Source: Candidatus Acidiferrales bacterium
GTDB taxonomy: Bacteria > Acidobacteriota > Terriglobia > Acidiferrales > UBA7541
Direction: 5' to 3'
Length of the DNA: 64,000 nucleotides
Assembly: GCA_035262725.1 (NCBI GenBank)
Contig: DATFSH010000012.1
Location: 688-64,687 of the forward strand
The notes beneath the pieces are model-generated. The model worked only from the letters and a program-made list of their open reading frames with translations. It did no database searches and was not told the DNA's origin. Shown piece after piece: positions 1-9,574 of the stretch. Every line of letters starts with the position of its first letter. Within the stretch, counting starts at the first letter, position 1. A program made the position numbers and the translations under genes.

Positions 1-90
1 ACACTTTGATTCGCACCTCGAGTCCGAAGCCGCATCAACCCGGCGGGTCGAAGTAGAACGGAAGATGCGGGAGCTTTGAAAGGAACTTTC

Positions 91-720
91 ATGCGTCGCG
101 CGAACTATGCTGTGCTAGTGGCGGTATTCGCAGGGGCCATCTCAGGATGTGGCGGCACGCGTCCCACCAAATACTATGTGCTCGACGTCCCCGCGCCTCC
201 AACCACTCAGTCGCCCACGCCGCTTTCCGTCTCCTTGCTTGTCGCCAGGCCCGTCACTTCGCACCTGTATCGTGATGATCGAATCGTTTATGGTTCGGGT
301 CCCGTGGAACTCGGCACCTACGAGTTTGAGCGCTGGGCACAATCCCCGGCCGACATGATGCAGGATCTCCTGGTCAGCTATTTGCGCGCGTCCAAGCAAT
401 ACCGCTCAGTTCTGCGCCCAGGCAGCAGTGCCAAGGGTGATTTCATCGTGCGCTCCTATCTGAAATCGCTTTATGAAGTGGACACACCCGATTTTGTGGC
501 GCGTTTCGACATCCATATTGACGTATACGACCCGAAGGCAGGCAGAACCGTCTGGAGCGGCAATTATTCCCACGACGAGCCGGTTGGCGGCAAGACTGTA
601 TCGGCTGTTGTCGAGGCCCTCGACAAGAACGTTCGTGCCGGCATGCAGCAGCTCACATCCGAAATGGGACAATACTTCACCGAGCATCCACCTGCACCGC
701 CCTCAGAGGCTGCCAAATAG
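91..720 (+). CDS. PqiC/YmbA-like ABC-transport auxiliary lipoprotein (DUF330-type)
   Basis: ORF 76..720. ATG at 91 gives a signal peptide ending in the lipobox AISG|C, followed by a 'KYYVLD' start typical of this lipoprotein family. A probable upstream partner gene is cut by the window edge. Confidence 0.55.
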   Translation: MRRANYAVLVAVFAGAISGCGGTRPTKYYVLDVPAPPTTQSPTPLSVSLLVARPVTSHLYRDDRIVYGSGPVELGTYEFERWAQSPADMMQDLLVSYLRASKQYRSVLRPGSSAKGDFIVRSYLKSLYEVDTPDFVARFDIHIDVYDPKAGRTVWSGNYSHDEPVGGKTVSAVVEALDKNVRAGMQQLTSEMGQYFTEHPPAPPSEAAK

Positions 721-872
721 CAGCGCTGCCTTAGCTGCCCATCGATCTTTGCCGAATCCGCTGTTCCATTCTGAAATTTTCCCACTGATGCGTATTGGCT
801 CATCTTTTTCCTCCTAGCTGCCGATATGAAATTCAAGGCGCCTATGTCACACGTGTCGTTGCGGGGGGACCT

Positions 873-2282
873 TTGGACTTCCTGGGGAAGCTTTTCGGCT
901 CGGGTAACTTCCAACCACACGGTTTCTGCTATCTCTGGAACGCCCGGCTGGTCTGGCTGCACGCGATTTCTGATCTGTTGATTGCGCTGGCCTATTTCAC
1001 GATCCCGCTCACGTTCGTCTGGTTCATTTGCAAGCGGCGTGACCTCTCCTTCAGTTGGATCTTAGTCTGCTTCGGAATTTTCATCGTCGCCTGCGGCGCC
1101 ACGCACGTCTTGGAAGTCTGGAATCTCTGGCACGCGAACTACTGGCTCGCAGGCTTCCTCAAAGGCATCACGGCTGCTGCTTCTATTGTCACTGCGTTCC
1201 TTCTGATTCGGCTTGTGGCACAGGCCCTCGACCTACCCACCTCGAAGCATGGCTTCTTGCCAACGCCGCGCTTCAACAGGAAGTGAAAGACCGGCGTGAA
1301 CTTGAGCTCAATCTCCGCCTCAGCGAATCCATGTACCGCGAGCACTCCGAGCTCCTCGAACTCACCCACGTCGCGATCTTTGTCCGCAACCTCGAAGGGA
1401 AGATTGTCTTTTGGAACCGCGCGGCCGAGCGGCTGTACTGCTGGCAAAAGGAAGAGGCCCGCGGAAAGGTTACCTACGATCTTCTTCACACTGCCTTCCC
1501 AAGACCGTTGCCCGAAATTAAGGCGGAGGTATTCGAAAGAGGTTCCTGGGAAGGCGAGCTGATCCACACGCGGCGTAATGGGACGCCGATCACCGTCTCT
1601 AGCCGCTGGGCTTTGCGGGTGGACGCCGGCGGAGAACCGCTTTCGATTCTGGAAAGCAATCGCGACATCACCCATCGCAAGTGGAGGAGCAAGAGCGTAT
1701 GCGCGTTTGAATCAAAATTCCGCGAGCTCTTGGAGTCGGCGCCTGATGCGATCGTGATCGTTGATGAGCACGGCCGCATCGTGCTCACAAATGTCAGACA
1801 GAAGCTCTTCGGCTACCCGCGTCACGAACTAATACAGGAGCACATCGAAGTCCTCGTTCCCCCGTCTCGTTGTAGAAGATTATCCCAGCCTGCGCGATCT
1901 CACTTTCGAAACTCACCAACCTCGGCTACAAAGTGATTCTTGCCTCTGACGGCGAACAGGCCCTCCATGAATTCGAAACGCGGCGCGAGCAAATCGATCT
2001 GCTTTTACTGGATGTTGTTCTGCCCAAACTGAGTGGGCCGCATATCTACTCGCGCATCTGCGCAATCAAACCGGATGTTCTTGTAATTTTTGCTACGGGT
2101 CACAGCGCTGATATGGCTTCGCTTCAAAAGGAGCTGCAAAAGGATTGCCGATACTGCAAAAACCCTATTCTCCCCGCAACTTGGCGCGGAAGATTCACGA
2201 TACGCTGGATCAACCCCGCATTTCAGTTGCGCCCAAGAAGCCTCATAACTCGCCTCAGCCCGCCGCCATTCATCACGATTAG
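873..2282 (+). pseudogene. Decayed hybrid sensor kinase: ethylene-binding-domain-like 3-TM sensor + PAS + partial PAS + receiver, kinase core missing
   Basis: At least four frame changes are needed to read it. Frame 0, 873-~1240: 'PHGFCYLW...ISDLLIALAYFTIPL...FIVACGATHVLEVW'. Frame 2, ~1240-1866: PAS 'VAIFVRNLEGKIVFWNRAAERLY' and second PAS start 'LLESAPDAIVIVDEHGRIVLTN'. Frame 0, 1866-1908: 'LVVEDYPSLRDL'. Frame 1, 1912-~2140: 'LTNLGYKVILASDGEQAL..DLLLLDVVLP'. Frame 0, 2142-2282: 'LPILQKPYSPRNLARKIHDTLD'. No HisKA or HATPase_c segment is present. Confidence 0.7.
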
Positions 2283-2584
2283 CGTTGACACCATTTCTTT
2301 CCTCGTGGTATTTCAGAATTAATCCGTGGACACCGGCTTCTTGCCGGGTTGCCGGGTCGTCAGACGCGGAAGTACCATCCAAAGGACGAGCCGGCAACGA
2401 GCCCACCCACCCCGGGAGGTGGAACGCCGCTTGGCTTTCACCTCCCTTTTGCTGCCCGCTGATTTTGCTGATTTCGGCACAGCCGCACGCCGTGCGATCG
2501 CTTGCTAACTCAAGCACTTGCGGGGTTATAATGCGCACTCGGCAGCCACCGGTATTACGCCAGTATGCTGAATGGGGAGGGGAC

Positions 2585-2947
2585 ATGGGCCTGCAAATTG
2601 CCGCGCGAAAAGCCGGAAACGTCACCATCCTCGATCTACGGGGTCGCATTACGATCGGGAACAGCAATGACGCACTGAGCGCCGAATTGCGGCGGCTCGC
2701 CGAAACCGCCCCCTGCGACGTCCTCGTCAATCTCGCCGGCGTTCAACAGGTGGACAGCTCCGGCATCAGCACCCTCGTTCGCTCCTTCGTCACGCTCGAA
2801 CGCAACGCCGGCAGCCTCAAGCTTCTCAACCCTACCGGCCACGTCCGCGAAGTCCTCGAACTCACACGCCTGATCCAATCCATCCCCACCTACACCGACG
2901 AAGCCAAAGCCGTCGCCAGCTTCCGCGGCGGCGTCGCCATGGCTTAA
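2585..2947 (+). CDS. STAS-domain anti-sigma-factor antagonist (SpoIIAA/RsbV-like)
   Basis: ATG at 2585 inside ORF 2285..2947. 'VTILDLRGRITIGNSND...LVNLAGVQQVDSSGISTLV...LKLLNPTGHVREVLELTRL' matches the STAS fold pattern. Confidence 0.8.
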   Translation: MGLQIAARKAGNVTILDLRGRITIGNSNDALSAELRRLAETAPCDVLVNLAGVQQVDSSGISTLVRSFVTLERNAGSLKLLNPTGHVREVLELTRLIQSIPTYTDEAKAVASFRGGVAMA

Positions 2948-3041
2948 TGGATTCGTGTACTATCCCTCGCAACTGATCAAACTATGAAAGCCGATTTGTG
3001 CGAGTAAGAGGTCATTCCCGCCTGCGGTCTTATTTCTGTTT

Positions 3042-3994
3042 TTGGTGCTCGCGGTTTCCCGGCAGGCTGGAGCGCAAGGTCTTGGAACTCAAATGGCCGA
3101 GGCGCTTCAAAAAGCCAAAGTTCGCATTGTCTTGGTTTTTGATTTTATTGGACCTAAGGACGATTTAAACGCGCTCGGCCAGGATCTAGCCGTTAAATTC
3201 AGTACGACGTTGCAGAACAGCTCTTCGAACTTCACAGTCGTGAACCGCGCTGATGTGAAGAAACTCATCGAAACCAACCGTGTCGTGGCAAGTATAGTTC
3301 GTAATACAGAAATTGCGTGGTGGTTAGCGACACAATTGAAGTGGACGCGTTTATTCTCGGGAAGATATCAGTCGACGGGGATACTCTCGAAATCAAGATT
3401 GGTGCCGTCGCCATCAAAAGATGGCAAATCAATCGCCACGTTCTCCGTACCGGCCCCGATCTCCGACGCAATGAAAGCCGCATGGCCATCCCTGTGGCTA
3501 AAAGAAGAGACCTTAACAACCCCCAGGCGTCGGCCCGCAAGGAGAATATGCCCGTTTGCCTGCACTGCCCGAATCCCCAATTTTCTCAAGCAGCCGTTGA
3601 ACACCACGTCGAGGGATCAGTGTTGCTGCTCGTTGTGATTGGGGTAGATGGACGGGCGCGCGAAATAGACATTCAAAACCCGGTATTCTACCAGTTGACT
3701 GAAAAGGCCATCGAGGCGGTTCAGACTTGGACGTTCAAGCCTGCAACATCAGCGGATGGAACAGCAGTAGAAGTGTTAACCCCAATAGAGGTTACCTTCA
3801 GGTTTACGCAATCACAGTTACGCGTTCTTCTTCAGATTCGCAAGCACCAACTTCGCCACTTCCTTCAGTGTATCGAACACTCCCTGCCCCGTAACCGCCA
3901 CAGCCTCCATCGAAGGCTCACCCTTCACGCTGAGCTGCTTCTGCAATTCATCCACAGGCAAAGCGTTGGGCAGATCGCGCTTGTTCAGCTGTAG
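3042..3994 (+). pseudogene. TonB C-terminal-domain protein with a broken reading frame
   Basis: Sensible protein sequence alternates between ORF 3042..3638 and ORF 3317..3994, with switches near 3335, 3420 and 3500-3540. The C-terminus 'GSVLLLVVIGVDGRAREIDIQNP..AIEAVQTWTFKPA..EVTFRF' is TonB_C-like. An ATG at 2984 is also out of frame with the signal-peptide-like 'AVLFLFLVLAVSRQAGA'. The open tail 3818-3994 is antisense to mglA. Confidence 0.55.
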
Positions 3995-4405
3995 CACATA
4001 AGGAATCGTATCGAAATTCAGATTGTGATCCTTCAGGTGTTCGCGCAGATTGTCCAGTGTTTCGAGGTTTGCGTCCAGCCGCTCTTCCTGCGAATCCGCC
4101 ACGAACACCACTCCATCCGCGCCCTTCAAAATCAGCCGTCGGCTCGCCTCGTAAAACACCTGCCCCGGAACGGTATACAAATGAAAGCGCGTCCGGAATC
4201 CGCGCACAGTCCCCAGATCCAGCGGAAGAAAATCGAAGAAAAGTGTGCGATCCGTCTCCGTCGCGAGCGAAACCATCTTTCCCTTTTGATTCGACCCCGT
4301 GTGTTCGTAGATCCACTGCAGGTTCGCAGTCTTCCCGCCGAGGCCGGGACCATAGTAGACAAGCTTGCAGTTAATTTCGCGCGCTGGAAAATTAATAAAC
4401 GGCAC
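3818..4405 (-). CDS. mglA: MglA-family Ras-like small GTPase
   Basis: The 195-aa product is near-collinear with Myxococcus MglA as I recall it: '[18 protein letters not shown]', '[13 protein letters not shown]', '[13 protein letters not shown]', 'LNKRDLP'. Confidence 0.9.
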   Translation of the reverse strand: MPFINFPAREINCKLVYYGPGLGGKTANLQWIYEHTGSNQKGKMVSLATETDRTLFFDFLPLDLGTVRGFRTRFHLYTVPGQVFYEASRRLILKGADGVVFVADSQEERLDANLETLDNLREHLKDHNLNFDTIPYVLQLNKRDLPNALPVDELQKQLSVKGEPSMEAVAVTGQGVFDTLKEVAKLVLANLKKNA

Positions 4406-4698
4406 AATTCCTCGGTTTTGCAGCCGGGGTTACTTATAGCACAGGCTCGCACCCACGCCAACGCGACCGCCACCCCATGCTGCGCAATTGACAACTCTCC
4501 ACCGCACTGCCAGTTAGCAGGAATTCAGCCCCGAACTGACATTCTGTGTCCAATTCGCCAAAATCCTCTGGCCAACTACGTTGAGCCCTGCATTGACGCA
4601 AGTGCTCGACTTTGCTATGTTTCCTCGACAGTAATCGGAGCCACCACGTGAAGCATCGTGCAGCCCGCACTTCTCGGTCGCCGCGCGGCAGACAGAAG

Positions 4699-5262
4699 AT
4701 GCTGAAAACAAATAGCTTAAAGACGGGCGCCAAGGCAAAACTGATGCCCCCGGACCCGGACGCCGCTGCCAAGCTGGCTCAGCTCAAATTCTACGAACAG
4801 GCGCTTAAGTACTTTCAACAACAGAAGTTTCAGCGCGCTAAGCAGTCCCTCGAGCGCGCCTTGGAAGGCCCCAGCAAAGAACTTCGCGATCGCGCACAAG
4901 TCCATGTCCGCATCTGCGAACAGCGCATCTCTCGTCTGCCCGCTCCGGCCGCCAAATCCGCCGAAGAACATTACACACAGGGCGTTGCGCTCATGAATCT
5001 CGGCCGCTGGGACGAGGCGCGCGAACACCTCGATCGCGCCCGCAAATCCGCTCCCAAAGCCGACCACATCGTATATGCGATGGCCGCACTCGATTGCCTC
5101 ACCGGCGAAGCCGATTCAGCCATGCAAAATCTGAAAATCGCAATCCAACTCCGCCCCGAGAATCGCTATCACGCCCGTAACGATGAGGACTTCGCATTCC
5201 TGCAGGAAGATCCTCGCTTCACGGAATTGCTCTACCCCGAGCGAGACGGTTCGAGCGCCTAG
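4699..5262 (+). CDS. TPR-repeat protein
   Basis: ATG at 4699 in ORF 4612..5262. Repeated helical 34-residue-like units ('YEQALKYFQQQKFQRAKQSLERAL', 'GVALMNLGRWDEAREHLDRA', 'DSAMQNLKIAIQLRPEN'). Divergent from mglA. Confidence 0.6.
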   Translation: MLKTNSLKTGAKAKLMPPDPDAAAKLAQLKFYEQALKYFQQQKFQRAKQSLERALEGPSKELRDRAQVHVRICEQRISRLPAPAAKSAEEHYTQGVALMNLGRWDEAREHLDRARKSAPKADHIVYAMAALDCLTGEADSAMQNLKIAIQLRPENRYHARNDEDFAFLQEDPRFTELLYPERDGSSA

Positions 5263-5277
5263 CCTCGATTTTCCTCC

Positions 5278-6297
5278 GTGAAAAACAGTTTGCACGCTCG
5301 CATCCGTCCAGTTCGCATCGTGGCACTCGGCGGCGGCACTGGACTCTCCACCGTTCTTCGCGCCCTCAAGCAACACGTCGGCGACCCCAAACGCGGGATT
5401 CAACGCCCCATCTCCGATCTCGCCGCAGTCGTCACCGTCACCGACGACGGCGGCAGCTCCGGCCGACTCCGCCGCGACTATCGAGTCCTTCCCCCCGGTG
5501 ATATCCGCAATTGCATGGTGGCGCTTTCGAAGGACGAGGATCTCCTCGGCAAATTGTTTCAATATCGTTTTTCCGCGGGCCGAGGCCTCGCCGGCCACAG
5601 CTTCGGCAATCTGTTTCTCACCGCGCTCACGAATATCACTGGCGATTTCCCGGAAGCCGTCCATGTTTCCTCGCGCGTGCTAGCCATTCGTGGACGCATC
5701 TTTCCTTCCACCACCGAGAACGTCACTCTCGAAGCCGAACTCGAAGATGGTTCCATCGTAGCCGGCGAAACAAGAATTTCGAGCTCCAAGAAGCGAATTC
5801 GCCGCATCCAACTCGTCCCGCGTCGCGTTCGCCCGCTGGCCGAGGTGCTCACCGCGCTTCACGATGCAGACCTGATTCTCGTCGGCCCCGGCTCTCTCTA
5901 CACCAGCATCATTCCTAATCTGCTCGTCGAGGGCGTCACCAAAGCAATTTCCCGCTCCAGCGGGAAATGCGTCTACATTACCAATCTCATGACCCAACCC
6001 GGCGAGACCGAACACTACTCCGTCGCCGATCACGTCCGCGCCATTTACGAACACACCCGTATTCCCATCTTCCACTCCGCGGTGATCAATCGCACGCCCG
6101 CCTCTCCGCAAATGCTGCGCCGCTATCGCGCCCAGGGCGCCGAGATCGTGAAGCCTTCGCTCAGTGAACTCAAGCGCATGAGCTTGCCCTATATCACCTC
6201 CGATCTCTTGCGGCAGCGCGGCAAGATCCGCCACGATACCAGCCGCCTCGCCGAACTTCTTCTGCGCGAATTCGCCACGCAGCACTCCCACAACTGA
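5278..6297 (+). CDS. yvcK: YvcK/CofD-like gluconeogenesis factor (UPF0052)
   Basis: 'IVALGGGTGLSTVLRALK', 'VTVTDDGGSSGRLRRD', 'PPGDIRNCMVAL' and 'VGPGSLYTSIIPNLL' are hallmark YvcK motifs. Confidence 0.85.
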   Translation: MKNSLHARIRPVRIVALGGGTGLSTVLRALKQHVGDPKRGIQRPISDLAAVVTVTDDGGSSGRLRRDYRVLPPGDIRNCMVALSKDEDLLGKLFQYRFSAGRGLAGHSFGNLFLTALTNITGDFPEAVHVSSRVLAIRGRIFPSTTENVTLEAELEDGSIVAGETRISSSKKRIRRIQLVPRRVRPLAEVLTALHDADLILVGPGSLYTSIIPNLLVEGVTKAISRSSGKCVYITNLMTQPGETEHYSVADHVRAIYEHTRIPIFHSAVINRTPASPQMLRRYRAQGAEIVKPSLSELKRMSLPYITSDLLRQRGKIRHDTSRLAELLLREFATQHSHN

Positions 6298-6481
6298 TTA
6301 CTGTATCGTTTTGTGTCAGTCTGCAGACCATTTTCAAGAAAGCCTTTCTTGCGCCGCGTTCCGCCTGTTCGTATACTTGCCCCCGCTCTTCATAAGCCAA
6401 GTTGGCGCAATTTTGTGACTGCCTATAACAACGAATTCCGAAGGTTTCACTCATGCTCGTCAGATCCCTCCAGGAGGTTGC

Positions 6482-7750
6482 ATGTCTGCGGCTGCGCGGG
6501 ATGAATTAAACGTTTATCAGTCTGCGGAAGCGCGCTTTGAAATCGCCGCGCATAAGCTGAATTTAGAGGATGGCCTTTACCGCTATCTGAAGTACCCCAG
6601 CAAGGAAATCACGGTTTACATTCCCGTTCCGCTCGATAACGGAAAACTCGAAGTCTTCACCGGCTATCGCGTGCTGCATTCCACGATCCGCGGCCCAGGG
6701 AAGGGTGGTATCCGCTTCGCTCCCGACGTCTCGCTCGACGAAGTCCGCGCCCTCGCCGCCTGGATGACGTGGAAGTGCGCCGTCGTCAATATTCCCTTCG
6801 GTGGCGCCAAAGGCGGCGTGATCTGCGACCCGAACAAGCTCTCCAAGAACGAGATCGAGCGCATCACTCGCCGCTACACCGCCGAGCTGAGCGAATGGTT
6901 TGGCCCCGAGCGCGACGTCCCCGCGCCCGACATCGGCACCAACGCGCAAACCATGGCCTGGGTGATGGACACCTACGCGATGCACAGCCGCCAGGCCACC
7001 ACCGCCGTCGTCACCGGCAAACCCCTCGAACTCGGCGGCTCGCAAGGCCGCACCGAAGCCACGGGCCGCGGCTTGATGATCTGCTGCGATAAAGCCGTTC
7101 AAAAGCTCGGAATGCAGCGCCGCGGCGCTCGCGTCATCATTCAGGGCTTTGGCAATGTGGGATCGCAGGCCGCGGACCTGATGCACAAAGCCGGCTACAA
7201 AATTATCGGCGTTGCGGATATTCATGGCGGTCTCTACAACGAAGGCGGCTTCGACATCCCCAAGTTGATCGAATGGGTGTACGGCCAGCGCAAACCGCTT
7301 CCCGATTTCCCCGCTGGCGGCGAAAAAATGAGCGCGCAGGAAGTCCTTTTCCACCCCTGCGAAATTCTGGTTCCCGCTGCCACGGAAAATCAGATCACCA
7401 CGAAAAACGCTCACCGCGTGGATTGCAAGATACTCTGCGAGGGCGCCAATGGCCCCACCACGTCGTATGCCGATCCGATCATCGAGAAGAAAGGGATCTT
7501 TATCATCCCCGATATTCTCGGCAACGCGGGCGGCGTCACCGTCAGCTACTTCGAGTGGGTGCAGGATCGCCAGGGCTTTTTCTGGCGCGAAAGCGAAGTA
7601 AATGAACGCCTACAGGACGTGATGGAACAAAGTTTCGATCAAGTTGTTCTTTACGCCGAAACTCACGGGGTGAATAATCGTATCGCAGCATACATAGTGG
7701 CGATTGATCGTGTGGCTCGCGCCCTGAAATTGCGCGGTATTTACGCGTGA
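6482..7750 (+). CDS. gdhA: Glutamate dehydrogenase (Glu/Leu/Phe/Val dehydrogenase family)
   Basis: 422 aa. Catalytic-Lys motif '[11 protein letters not shown]' and Rossmann 'IQGFGNVGS'. Only 40 nt upstream of the aldolase gene on the same strand. Confidence 0.9.
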   Translation: MSAAARDELNVYQSAEARFEIAAHKLNLEDGLYRYLKYPSKEITVYIPVPLDNGKLEVFTGYRVLHSTIRGPGKGGIRFAPDVSLDEVRALAAWMTWKCAVVNIPFGGAKGGVICDPNKLSKNEIERITRRYTAELSEWFGPERDVPAPDIGTNAQTMAWVMDTYAMHSRQATTAVVTGKPLELGGSQGRTEATGRGLMICCDKAVQKLGMQRRGARVIIQGFGNVGSQAADLMHKAGYKIIGVADIHGGLYNEGGFDIPKLIEWVYGQRKPLPDFPAGGEKMSAQEVLFHPCEILVPAATENQITTKNAHRVDCKILCEGANGPTTSYADPIIEKKGIFIIPDILGNAGGVTVSYFEWVQDRQGFFWRESEVNERLQDVMEQSFDQVVLYAETHGVNNRIAAYIVAIDRVARALKLRGIYA

Positions 7751-7790
7751 TCTCGTAGGCAGCCTGCGATCCTGAAGGCATCCGTCGAGG

Positions 7791-8645
7791 GTGCCTGGCG
7801 GATTTCAGCTGCGCGCCCCAGCGATCTCGTATTGGGAGGCATTTCTGTATCCGGAAGCCATTTCGCCGGGCGCTTTAAAAACCGAGGACGAACACCGCCG
7901 CGACATCTGTGCCGTCGGCCGCTGGATTCACGACCGGGGTTACGTCGCCTCCACCGACGGCAACATCTCGCTTCGCCTCGACCCCCGCCGGATTCTCACT
8001 TCGCCCACCGGCATCAGCAAAGGCATGATGACGCCAGACGATCTCGTCATCACCGATCTGTATGGCCGCAAACTGAGCGGCCGTCGCAACGCCAGCTCCG
8101 AGCTCGGCATGCATCTCCTGATTTACAGCCGCCGCCCGGACATCAATGCCGTCTGCCACGCGCATCCGCCCGCCGCTACTGGTTACGCCGCTGCGGGCGT
8201 TCCCCTCAACAAAGCAATCCTCTGCGAACTCGTGCTCTCCCTCGGCTGCATTCCGGTCGCTCGCTACGGCACTCCCGGCACCAGCGAACTCACCGAAGCG
8301 CTCGAGCCTCTCGTCCAGAGCTACGAAGCCATCCTGATGGCCAATCACGGCGTGGTCTGCTACGGCCAGGATCTGCTCAACGCATTTTTCCGCATGGAGA
8401 CCACCGAACATTTCGCCCGCGTCTCCCTCGTCACCGAATTAATCGGCAAACAAGTCTTGCTTTCCAGCGGAGATGTGGAAAAATTGCTCGCGGCTCGCGC
8501 CCGTTACGGCGTTCAAACAGCTTCGTCCATCGGCCCCGACTGTCCAGTCACGGCAGACGGCGCCGATTCCGAGCGCATCACCCTGACGCGTCGCGAACTC
8601 GAAGCGCTCGTAGATGAAGCACAGAAAGAGCGGTCGCGCCGTTAG
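7791..8645 (+). CDS. Class II aldolase/adducin-family protein with N- and C-terminal extensions
   Basis: 'VASTDGNISLRL', 'SSELGMHLLIY', 'VCHAHPPAATGYA' and 'ILMANHGVVCYG' are class II (fuculose/rhamnulose-phosphate type) aldolase motifs. An extra tail of about 45 aa ends in 'ITLTRRELEALVDEAQKERSRR'. The start (GTG 7791) is uncertain. Confidence 0.85.
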   Translation: MPGGFQLRAPAISYWEAFLYPEAISPGALKTEDEHRRDICAVGRWIHDRGYVASTDGNISLRLDPRRILTSPTGISKGMMTPDDLVITDLYGRKLSGRRNASSELGMHLLIYSRRPDINAVCHAHPPAATGYAAAGVPLNKAILCELVLSLGCIPVARYGTPGTSELTEALEPLVQSYEAILMANHGVVCYGQDLLNAFFRMETTEHFARVSLVTELIGKQVLLSSGDVEKLLAARARYGVQTASSIGPDCPVTADGADSERITLTRRELEALVDEAQKERSRR

Positions 8646-8671
8646 CGCAAAGTCCTTGGGCTTTTCGTCAG

Positions 8672-8794
8672 GGCACGGCTTCAGCCGTGCCGTCGCGTGC
8701 AGCAAGCGTTTGTGTTTGACCTTTCGGCGAGCTTTGTAGGCCCCGGCTTCAGCCGCGGCGCAACGCACGCAAGCTTGAAGGGGCTTTAGCCCCT
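8672..8794. repeat. Cluster of three REP-like GC-rich hairpins between the aldolase and BMC-H genes
   Basis: GGCACGGCT-TC-AGCCGTGCC (8672-8691, 9-bp perfect stem). GCCCCGGCT-TC-AGCCGCGGC (8740-8759, one mismatch, preceded by TGTAG). AGGGGCT-TT-AGCCCCT (8779-8794). Confidence 0.65.
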
Positions 8795-8825
8795 GAAGTA
8801 ACGTCCACAAGCCGGAGGAACCAGA

Positions 8826-9122
8826 ATGGGCGAAGCACTCGGTATGATCGAAACGCGCGGCATGGTCGCCATGATCGAGGCCTCAGACGCCATGGTCAAA
8901 GCAGCCAAAGTCACGCTCGTCGGCTGGGAGAAGATCGGTTCTGGCTACGTCACTGCGATGGTCCGCGGCGATGTGGCTGCCGTGAAAGCGGCCACCGATG
9001 CCGGCGCTGCCGCCGCGCGCCGTGTGGGCGAATTGATCGCCGTCCACGTCATCCCGCGGCCACATCAATCGCTCGAAGACGTGTTGCCCATCGGCAAGAC
9101 CCCGATGGCAGCCGCAAAGTAG
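8826..9122 (+). CDS. BMC-H shell protein (PduA/EutM/CcmK-like, single BMC domain)
   Basis: '[70 protein letters not shown]' is almost motif-for-motif PduA-like. GGAGG RBS upstream. Confidence 0.95.
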   Translation: MGEALGMIETRGMVAMIEASDAMVKAAKVTLVGWEKIGSGYVTAMVRGDVAAVKAATDAGAAAARRVGELIAVHVIPRPHQSLEDVLPIGKTPMAAAK

Positions 9123-9222
9123 CCGTCGCGAACGGCAAAGCGCCCAGGCTCGGCGCACAAGCGCAGAATCATCTTCGCCGCTATCGGATTCGGATTCACA
9201 GACGTTACCGATCTCAGAAACT

Positions 9223-9525
9223 ATGCTCCTCGCTCGCATCGTCGGCACTGTCGTTTCCACTCGCAAAGACCCGCGCCTCGAAGGCAAGAAGTTGCTCATC
9301 GTAAAACCCGTCAATCCCGAGGGCGCCGACGAATCCGGCTATTTGATTGCCGTCGATACCGTTGACGCCGGTTTCCGCGAAACCGTCCTCGTCGTCTCCG
9401 GCAGCTCCGCCCGCATGGCCGCCGAATGCAAAGACCGCCCCGTCGACGCCGCCATCATCGGCATCGTCGACTCCATCCACCTCGACTCTCATCACGAATC
9501 CGAACTCGCCGCCCGAAAAAAATGA
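9223..9525 (+). CDS. BMC-P vertex protein (EutN/CcmL family), paralog 1
   Basis: 'MLLARIVGTVVSTRKDPRLEGKKLLIVKPV...AVDTVDAGFRETVLVVSGSSARMA...AIIGIVDSI' is the EutN/CcmL pattern. It has a short charged C-terminal extension. Confidence 0.9.
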   Translation: MLLARIVGTVVSTRKDPRLEGKKLLIVKPVNPEGADESGYLIAVDTVDAGFRETVLVVSGSSARMAAECKDRPVDAAIIGIVDSIHLDSHHESELAARKK

Positions 9526-9574
9526 CGATGCAACCAATCATCGCCATCCTGAGTGCAGCGCAGGATCCGCATCA

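Noticed and set aside
1-56. Open frame ending at TAG 54-56, possibly the C-terminus of a PqiB/MCE-type partner of the lipoprotein gene.
   Set aside because: Only 18 codons are visible, with no recognisable motif.
6482-7750. Glutamate dehydrogenase as a possible microcompartment cargo, because it ends 40 nt before the aldolase gene.
   Set aside because: No terminal extension or amphipathic tail beyond a normal GDH length. The chemistry does not involve a volatile or toxic aldehyde. Adjacency alone is insufficient. It is kept only as context in the BMC finding.
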